NCBI GenBank assembly: GCA_951406725.2
Contig: OX597825.1
Coordinates: 61,504,001 to 61,568,000, forward strand
Reading direction: 5' to 3'
Source: Octopus vulgaris
Lineage: Eukaryota
Length of the DNA stretch: 64,000 nt
This document shows positions 52,061 through 64,000 of the stretch, in pieces. The first letter of the stretch is position 1. Each line of letters begins with the position of its first letter. Made by a program: the position numbers and the translations under genes. A model generated the notes under the pieces. The model saw only the letters and a program-made list of their open reading frames with translations. It was not told the DNA's origin and searched no databases.

Positions 52061-55000
52061 GATAATAATATCCTTCGTTTCTGAAGTGTAGTATAAATTT
52101 ATGTAATGTTATTTTAGTAATGTTGATTATTATTGACATTCTAAGAAGAAGCTGTTCATGAAGAATTTATGACACAATATTTCAGTACTAAAATATGCAG
52201 CCTATTTATTTCTAGTGTTAAAAGTAATTTTCTCTTGTTCAACTGTGAAATATCCTTCATCCAAAATAAATATGTTTATAAATTATCATGCACAAAAATA
52301 TACCCGTGTGTATAAATATTTTCTTAATTTTTTTTAGATTACTAATATTAGATTAATAAATCAAATGACTAATGGAAGGGATCACTTACTGATTTATAAG
52401 GCAATTTAATCTTGAGGCTGTCAGTCTTTAAGCCAACCAACCGTCTTTTGCTGATTTCATAAGAACTAGCTTCCTTTTATTTTATTTTCCGAAGATATTC
52501 TGAAAGTATAAGAATTCCCTTCAATTTCTCACATTACCTCAATTTCACAATTAATCATAACTTGGCGAGAAGTGAGATAGAATTATTATAATTACTAGAA
52601 CCATATCAAATTCAGAGAATTTGGCCATGTTATGAATTATACATATTTGTACATATGTATGTGTATGTACAAATGTGTGTGTGTGTGTGTGCGTATGTAC
52701 ACACACATGCATGCTGGCAAGGAAAAGTGGATGTTAAACAATGATGATGTTGATGATTATGACAATAATGAGGGTGATAATAATGATGATGAAGAGGAGA
52801 ATGAGGATGGTTAAAATGATGATGATGATGATGATACACACACACACAGACAATGACAGACACACATACACACATATATATGTCTTTATGTGCCTAGATA
52901 AATTATATTATCTTCAGATTTTAGTCATCCTCTTTGATCTATTGTATAATCATTGGGCATAAGTTTAGACCCAAATATCTTAAAGTCATTAATTAAAGCT
53001 AATAAACATCTTTAATAATATAAAGATCACATTTAGAATGCTTGTATCTACTATATCAGAGGTTGACATGTGTTAGAGTTGGTAAGGTTAAACCACGTTA
53101 ATTATTTAAAGATGGATTCGATAAAATGTTTGCTAATTTAGTTTTCTTTTGATACATGATGCATTAAAAGGATATCTTTGCAATGGAATGGTTCATTAGA
53201 ATACCTTATTGATTAGTTCAACAAAAGTACTGGAGCTTGTTAAGAGTTGATGAAAGGAAATTCTCATATAACAAGCATTCTACAATTCCAAAGTTTTAAC
53301 ATTTATTAATATTGAAATATTTCCTAGTTAAATCATTAAATGTTATCAAACTACTATTAACTGAAATAGATATTTAAGTTCATAATAATGTGCCAAGGTG
53401 ACTCTACTAATTACATGAGTTCAAATCATGTTGTATCATTACCTAAAAGACACCCTCTACTTATCTCCAAATATCTAACATAAAAATCTGTTCCATGCCT
53501 ATTTCTTCAGTCAGTGGCTCTTGGCTTAAATTTCATATACATATATGCAAAATCTGCATCATCTATGTAAGTTCTTTGAGCAGTAACTTAACTATTCAAT
53601 AATCTATAAATGATCTTGAATTTTTGAGAAGGCTCCACATGAAAGCACACAGCACACTTTGTAAAGCGGTTGGTGTTAGGAAGGGCATCCAGCTGTAGAA
53701 ACCATGCCAAATAAGACTGGAGTCTTGTGCAGCTTCCCAGCTTGCCAGCTCTGGTCAAACCGTCTAACCCATGCCAGCATGGACAACAGAGGTTAAATAA
53801 TGATGCTGATGCTGATGATGATTTAGCCTGATGAACACTCTCTGCCAGTCACCAGATCTTGAATGTGTTGCTTCTCAGGACATCAACGCAATAAAATTTC
53901 AATGTCAACCAGCTGACTTGGTAGACGCTCTCAAAATTACCCATGATCTTTTCAACGATAGTGACTTTGATCACCTTTTTGAATTCATTATCTCTACTTA
54001 TCTGGAGCTGATACCACCCATTGTCAGCGTAACCCTAACCATAAACACCAGGAGTGCATATTCTTGACCTTCACCCATAAATACATATGCATACATCTTT
54101 TTTGTGCGTGAGAGAGAGAGAAATAGAAGCTGTATTTCCATATGAAATATAGAAAAATAGATGTCTTTTAATGCAATGTTTTTGGTTGAGACTTATTTTA
54201 ATACAATATTTATGTGTACGTTTTCGTAAATTTTTGTCTCCGTAGAATTCTAAACACGTATGAAACATTGCACGAAAGTGATACATTAGAAGCAAATCAA
54301 AATATTGTCCAAAAATGAGCTCAAAATTGTGCAACCCGCCATAGTTACCGAGTTTATTTTAGCTGTATAAAAGAGTTGTTGAGTCAAAAATATAGTTCGT
54401 TTGGTAGATAGATAATAAGCAGCTTTCTTTATTATAATACACATGTGACTAATTCGGAGAAACATTACTTTCATTATTCACACATTGTCATTCTCGTAAT
54501 GCAACACTTTGTAATTTTGGTTCAAATTAAAAGTGTGAAACTATTTTCATTTTGTAATGAAACCTGTACCTTGTAGAGAAGTGTATTTGAAATGACTATA
54601 ACTGGTTGAGATAACGTATAAAATATGTAAATGAAAATAAAGTTTATTTGACATGTGTAATTGATTTGATTGCTCTGGAAGGCAGCAAGCTGGCAGAAGT
54701 GTTAGCATGCAGTGCAAAATGCTTGAGCTGTATTTTGCCTGTTCAAATGCCGCTGGGGTCAGCTTTGCCTTTCATTCTTTCGGGGTCGATAAATTAAGTA
54801 CTTGTGAGACACTGGGGTTGATGTAATCGACTGGTCCCCTCCCCCGAAATTTCAGGCCTTGTGCCTATAGTAGAAAGGATTTGATTGTTCTGGTCTTAAC
54901 ATCCGTTGGTAAGAATCGAAGTCATTTAACGATGGCTATCGTGTTGTAAGTTCAATCCAAGGAATATTGAAATAATACCCATCTTGTCCATTCCACAGAA

Positions 55001-56422
55001 TAAGATTATACAGGAGCATCATAAGAGGGATGAGTCTGTGAAACACGTTTAAGGTTGTTACCTTGAACACGAATGAGACTATCATAATTTTCAATGGGAC
55101 CACCAATCATAAGGATGGCTACTTCATTAGATGTGGGCTCATTAAAACAGCGTAAAATATTCTTTACCATAGTTTACTATAGACGTAACGAATGCAGAAA
55201 CACACACGCACACACACTCATAGTATTGATAATACTGAAAACAGCAAAACGTATACACATTAAGTTCAAGCGAAACGAACTGTAGTCAATATAGGTTCAA
55301 AATATATTTTCTGCAGTATAGTTATGCTATAAAAAATGAAAGCCACCAATTTAGCAAAAGTTAGTATGCATCACCAATGTAAGAAAGTACCTAAAGTCAA
55401 CATTTATTTGGAACATGTACTAAATGTTATCAAATTCACGATTGATTGAATGTCGCGGTGAAGAAAGTGAAAGTCCAAGATAACTCAGAAGGCATAATTC
55501 AATTTTTCATACAAAAATAATTTATTTTACAATTTTGAAACAAATGCTGAACCAAGTGTATAAAATGGAAAATGCTGTTTTTGAACTGTGTACCATTATA
55601 AGCTGTAGAATAAATACTGAATAACACAGTAAAAAGGTTGTGCGGCGTTGATACTAAGAGTGGTGAAGAATATAAGGATTGTTAAAAAAATATTATCTTG
55701 AAACTGGTTTGAAGGAGTGGAATAACATTTCTGTAATTATATTGAAAGAGCCACTGAGGTTTTCTACTTCGACAAGCTTCCGAATTTGTTATAATAACCA
55801 GAATAATATTTCTTTTTTCCAGATATATTTGCGAGTATTTTGAGTGATGTTAAATCAACCAAATCTTCATGTTGGTAGTACTTCAAAGTGAACGTTGTTG
55901 TTTGTTTGAAGTCCAGGCAGTAAGTAAAATTTTGATATCGACGTGTTGCGCTGTTAGTGGGGGAATTACATACATAAAGTAACGCACATATATTAACGCA
56001 TACGTGGAGCTTATCTCTGTCCCCGTGTGTGCCTATCTCTGTCTTTAGATATGTGTGTGTGTGTTTGTGTCAGTCGTCACAAAAATTGTATGTATACTGA
56101 CAGACAGAATCACTGTCACACATGATTCTCAGTCATCGGCCTAACATACGTAATGAAAGCGCAAACACATATGCAAAATGTGACGTCATTGTCATTGTGG
56201 TGGTAATAGTAAAACATGTTTACAATAGGTGACTAAAAGAAAAATGATAATCTTAAATTCTTGTAATGCAAACAATTGAATGAAAATATAGTTTAGTTGG
56301 TAGCCAAAAGCGTAAATGAGTCTTTTGATACCCCAAACGTCAAAAACAGCAACTCAGTTGTGGAATGCATAAGGAACATACGCACACACATACAAACTCT
56401 CATTTATCTATCGATATATATA

Positions 56423-58954
<2,532 letters not shown>

Positions 58955-58957
<3 letters not shown>

Positions 58958-59873
58958 AAACAATACTGGGAGGATAAGAGACGGAACGAAGCGAAAATTC
59001 GAACGAACCCGACGCGAAGCGCTGTCAGACAATAGTGTAATAAATAAAATATATGCATACATACAAACATATATGTACGTACCGACATCTACATGTATAT
59101 ATACATGCATATATAAATATATATACGGACAGGACACCACAAAAAGACGTAAAACTCAACACAAACGAAAACGGAAAAGCCATTTTGTTACAACAGAAAG
59201 ACAGAGACGTGGAACAGGACGAGAACGAAAACAGGAAAAACATTATTTACAACAGAAAAACAAGGTACAGGACATGCTACACAAGAAAAAATCCCCTTCA
59301 TCAGCTGTCACTAGTAGACTTAGCGTGTTTCGAAGGCAAGACAGGACACGACTCGTCAATACTAGGCCTTCCTGCGAGAGAATTAAAATAAAATAACCTC
59401 GCAGAGGGGTAAAGCAAGCACGAAAAAAATGTAACACAAACGGGACGTAACAATAGAACTGCACAATAAAATACAAGATAAAAATACAAAATTAAAAATA
59501 CATGTACAAGAAAATACAAAACGAGAAATAAAATACAATACGAGAAATCAAAATAAACAAGAAAACAAACGAAAAAAACAAACGAAAGGCCTTTGTTCTG
59601 GCTGGGACGGAAGAGGTACTGGCGAGCGCAGGGAAACAGGACCTTACGGCCTGAAAGCAACGTGCAAAAGGATTAGCAGTGACGAAAGTGAGGAGGAGTG
59701 AGAGAGAGAGGGATAGAGGAAGACACGCGGCTGAGAGAAGGATGAGGAAGAGGGAGAGAGAGAGGAAGGTAAAGCAAAGGGAGAGAATTTCGCGTCATAA
59801 TTATATTATAAAACAATACTTGGAGGATAAGAGACGGAACGAAGCGAAAATTCGAAAATTCGAACGAACCCGA
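58955..59873. mobile_element. CpG-rich element bounded by ~58-bp direct repeats, embedded in TA tracts
   Basis: ATAAAACAATACT(G/T)GGAGGATAAGAGACGGAACGAAGCGAAAATTCGAACGAACCCGA at 58955-59012 and 59808-59873. Confidence 0.7.
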
Positions 59874-59918
59874 TACATACATATACATACATATATATAC
59901 ATACATATATGTACATAC

Positions 59919-59995
<77 letters not shown>

Positions 59996-60611
59996 CTTTT
60001 TTAAAACCAAAACAATGTTTAAAAGTTTAAAAAATTAAAAATACAGTCGATCGTTAGTACTATAACCTCTGTAGATTGATGGATATTCAATGCATTATAC
60101 TATTTATACATAGTATATTCTGGTTATTATTTTAATTCTAAAGGAAGATAGAGTAACGAAAGAGGAAAGACAAAGTGAATAAGAAATAATGAGAGATTAG
60201 TTCTCTCCATGTTTTTTCATCTGTCAATGACAAGCCAGTCTTTTGAAGTTTAAAATCAGGTGGTATTATTCTGTTTTTCAAACTTTTCTTCATTGAATTA
60301 GTTATATGTTGAGTGTTTGTGTGCGCTAAAATGTGTTATAGAAGGAAAGGAGATGTAAAATATTAAACAAATTTAGATTTAATTGTGTAAACATAATGCT
60401 TTGAAAAGAAAAATTGTTTTTACTATTTCCATACATGAAAACAAGTATAACCAAGTAACTTAGTGCTCTTATGAGAAATTAAAGCAGTAAGAGCTAACAA
60501 GGGAAATTGAAAGGCAGGATAATGATCATGGGATGTACATTTAAATGACAAATTACTGTCGTGAATCTACGTTAAGATGCCATCATGCATGTGTGGTTCA
60601 ATGTTGTTGTT

Positions 60612-61535
60612 TTTTTAGAGCACATAAGCTCAAAAATATCAGATAACTAGGAAAAGATAAGAAATGAGTAAGAACTTACATACCACCTGTGTGTTCATGT
60701 GTGTATTAAAATGTGTGTGTGTGTGCCATTGAAGTTGGTCCCTGAATAAACCACTCTAAGACTGACCACAATAACTAATTTTTAGAGCACCCAAACTCAA
60801 AAATATCACACACATAGGAAAGGATAAGAGATGAGTAAGAACTTACATACTACCTGTGTGTGCATGTGTATATTAAAATGTGTGTGTGTGTGTGTGTGTG
60901 CCATTGAAGTTGGTCCCTGAATAAACCACTCTAAGACTGACCACAATAACTAATTTTTAGAGCACCCAAACTCAAAAATATCACACACATAAGAAAGGAT
61001 AAGAGATGAGTAAGAACTTACATACTACCTGTGTGTGCATGTGTATATTAAAATGTGTGTGTGTGTGTGTGTGTGCCATTGAAGTTGGTCCCTGAATAAA
61101 CCTATTTCTTTACTACCCACAAGGGGCTAAACACAGAGTAGACAAACAAGGACAGACAAACGGATTAAGTCCATTATATCGACCCCAGTGCTTAACTGGT
61201 ACTTATTTGATCGACCCCGAAAAGATGAAAGGCAAGTCGACCTCGGCGGAATTTGAACTCAGAACGTAGCGGCAGACGAAATTTCGCCCAGCTTGCTAAC
61301 GTTTCTGCCAGCTCTGAATAAACCACTCTAAGACTGACCACAATAACTAATTTTTAGAGCACCCAAACTCAAAAATATCACACACCTAGGAAAGGTTAAG
61401 AGATGAGTAAGAACTTACATACTGCCTGTGTGTGCATGTGTATATTAAAGTGTATGTATGTGTATATTAAAGTGTGTGTGTGTGCCATTGATGTTGGTCT
61501 CTGAATAAACCACTTTAAGACAAAGACCACAATCA
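60612..61535. repeat. ~170-bp tandem repeat, 4 copies, third copy interrupted by a SINE C
   Basis: Unit TTTTTAGAGCAC...(TG)n CCATTGAAGTTGGTCCCTGAATAAACCACTCTAAGACTGACCACAATAAC. TSD CTGAATAAACC at 61092-61102 and 61314-61324. Confidence 0.92.
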
Positions 61536-61989
61536 CTATAAAAAATTCTGCTGTGGTTGTCTTACACTTTCTCAAGACCCACTGTGACAGTTGCTTATTT
61601 CTGCTACTTGGGTTCCCATATTTCCTCTAGAAGCACAAATTAACATTTGTAATGCGATAATACAGCCAGCATCCAACTAGGTATGGAAAATTTGAAATGC
61701 ACTACAGTTGTCTCATGACCTAAAGCAACACCTCTTTCATGCTACAGTAGAATCTGCTTTGCTCTAAGTCTCTGGATGTTGTTTCTTTACAGTAGCCCCA
61801 AGGCAATCACTAGACAGAACATACACATGACTTCTGTGTAAAGACTTTAACACTTCTAATGCCTGCCACATATGAAACAAGTCTGTATATGGATCTTTAC
61901 CACTCATCTGTTGGACAATTAAACAAAGATACCGTTTTCATCAAACAAATCAACTTGTCAGAACAATTATTTTCTATAATCCCATGGGG

Positions 61990-62500
61990 ATTTTGAGTGA
62001 GCAGTTCAGAGGTAGACATCAAGATCAGAAAGGCATAATCACAGAGAGTCTGTCACAAAGTTTTTAAAATGTCTGGAATTCCAAATTGCCCAGACAAATC
62101 AAAATCAAGCTGTTTATTGTAACAGTGAAAATCAGTCATAAAATGCCATCCGTTATATGAGCTAAATTGGTGCTGCATAAGGATGCTACGAATGACCCTA
62201 AATATGAATTGGCAGCAACATATAGCAAATGAATGCCTTTATGGAGACCTGCTGAAGGTTACTGAGGAGATAATGCAACGATGGCTGAAACTATCCGGTC
62301 GCTGCATGCATCCTCGTGAACTGGAAGCATTCAAATTGTCTTGCGGAACCCGGTTCATGGCGATCTAAGAAGAGGAAAACGTCATCACACATCGACAACT
62401 TGATTGCAGACAGTGGCTTGGAATGTATCCAGGATTTGATGATGGACCAAGAAGTGTGGTGGGTGGAATTTGTTGCTCGGGTGAGAACTCGGCCACAATA
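61990..62500 (+). pseudogene. Decayed RTE/RTE-X-like LINE 3' end
   Basis: MLRMTLNMNWQQHIANECLYGDLLKVTEEIMQRWLKLSGRC; homologous to 16335-16745. An older related fragment lies at 61730-61935. Confidence 0.75.
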
Positions 62501-62944
62501 ATAGAATAATAGCGATTTTGAAGCCTGGTGGCTAAGTGTTCTTGACATATGTTTGTGAACTTATATAGAACACAGGACTGTGCACAGTCTCAGAATTTCC
62601 ATGTGCAATATCATCTTGTACAGCTTGGAGGAAATTTACTCTCGAGTTGGAGTCCATCCAAGACTGATGTGGCATATACTAAGAAGTGTGTAGTTATGTA
62701 AAGTAAGATGAAGGATTCTTGGCAGTAATTCAGGTTTCATGTTTGGACAAACGACCTTAATTCATCTAAATTAAACAAAGCTTATTGTACATAGTCATTC
62801 ATCATGTTGCATTGGGAAATAGTTCAGAACACAGTAGTTCCAAGCAAAGTAAATCATTTCACCTGAACATGAAATATCAATAGATAGCACATACATATAC
62901 ATGTATATGCGCGTGTGTGTGTACACACATACACACACACACAC

Positions 62945-63342
62945 ATACTCTTTTACTTGTTTCAGTCATTTGACTGAGGCCATGCTGGAGCACCACATTT
63001 AGTCGAGCAAATCGACCCCAGGACGTATTCTTTGTAAGCCTAGTACTTATTCTATCGGTCTCTTTTGCTGAACTGCTAAGTTACGGGGACGTAAACACAC
63101 CAGCAGTAGTTGTCAAATGATGTTGGGGGGACAAACAGACACACACAAACATACACACACAGAAACACACACATATATATATATACATATATACAACAGG
63201 CTTCTTTCAGTTTCCGTCAACCAAATCCACTCACAAGGCCGAGGCTATAGTAGAAGACACTTGCTCAAGGTGCCACGCAGTGGGACTGAACCCGGGCCAT
63301 GTGGTTAGTAAGGAAGCTACTTACCACACAGCCACTCCTACG
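62945..63342 (-). mobile_element. SINE family B
   Basis: Full family match with a small internal deletion. Confidence 0.9.
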
Positions 63343-64000
63343 TACAACACACACACGTATATGCATATGAATGCATACGTAATTATTGTAATGTAGTAAC
63401 TCGCTGCCAATTATTGTAGTATCTCCACTGTTAATGACGATACTTGTATACACTATAACTGTGTAGTAACAATAAACATATAACAGAGCAGGGTAACAAC
63501 AGCGTTACAATCCAGCAAAATCTCCATGAACTATACACGAACCACCAAACGATATTCCGACAAACTACTAAAACAACACCTTACCACTTCTTGCAATTAA
63601 CGCTTCTCTCTCTTTCTCTCACCCAGACCGTTACTAATCATAGTCATTCAGTCAAATCTATTATCACAGAGGGTGTCGTAACTCTCGCCACAACCTGTCC
63701 CTTTTGAGATTTGACTTTCGTAGGAAACGAAATTTCATTATTATTATTTCTTTCTTTCCGACACCTCTCCCTTTTTGAAATTTGGTTTCCCTTGGGAATT
63801 ATTTCTAAACGTTCAGTCTGCTTATTTTTCTGTTACTGCTCCTTCTAGGCTCAGTCTCTTTCGGTGCTAGCACATCGAACATGTCATAAAACACTTCCAT
63901 TGGGATATCCTTCCTTTCTTCTGTATGTTTGATCTTAATTGATTTACGTGTCATTTATGCTCGCATCGTTGACCTTTCATTGAGTACATCAAGTTTCCAA

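Noticed and set aside
53831-54067. 78-aa ORF with protein-like composition
   Set aside because: No recognisable motif or splice support; length is within chance expectation.

Overview
AT-rich, repeat-dense eukaryotic DNA, most likely intronic or intergenic sequence from a coleoid cephalopod (Octopus-like). The species is inferred from the SINE families and the abundant TA/CA/ATC microsatellites. No intact host protein-coding gene is supportable. Nearly all ORF-track entries are microsatellite or SINE read-throughs, or decayed transposon fragments. Recognisable content: Tc1 DD34E remnants; three copies of one internally deleted mariner; a rosa/DD41D-like TIR element; two hAT remnants; four non-autonomous Helitrons; RTE-type LINE fragments; a decayed Gypsy-like LTR element; palindromic MITEs; and five SINE-like families, several with clear TSDs. 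The most notable signal is a set of about ten hammerhead-ribozyme (HHR)-like motifs in at least six unrelated short elements. Many sit in (TA)n tracts or form inverted repeats, consistent with Penelope-like-element (PLE) termini. One is a perfect 76-bp palindrome with an HHR on each strand, and one family has a non-canonical CUGUAGAA core. Also notable: SINE multimers joined at one identical junction, and a switch from CpG-poor to CpG-rich DNA near 54 kb. All structures were read by eye and no folding or database searches were run.
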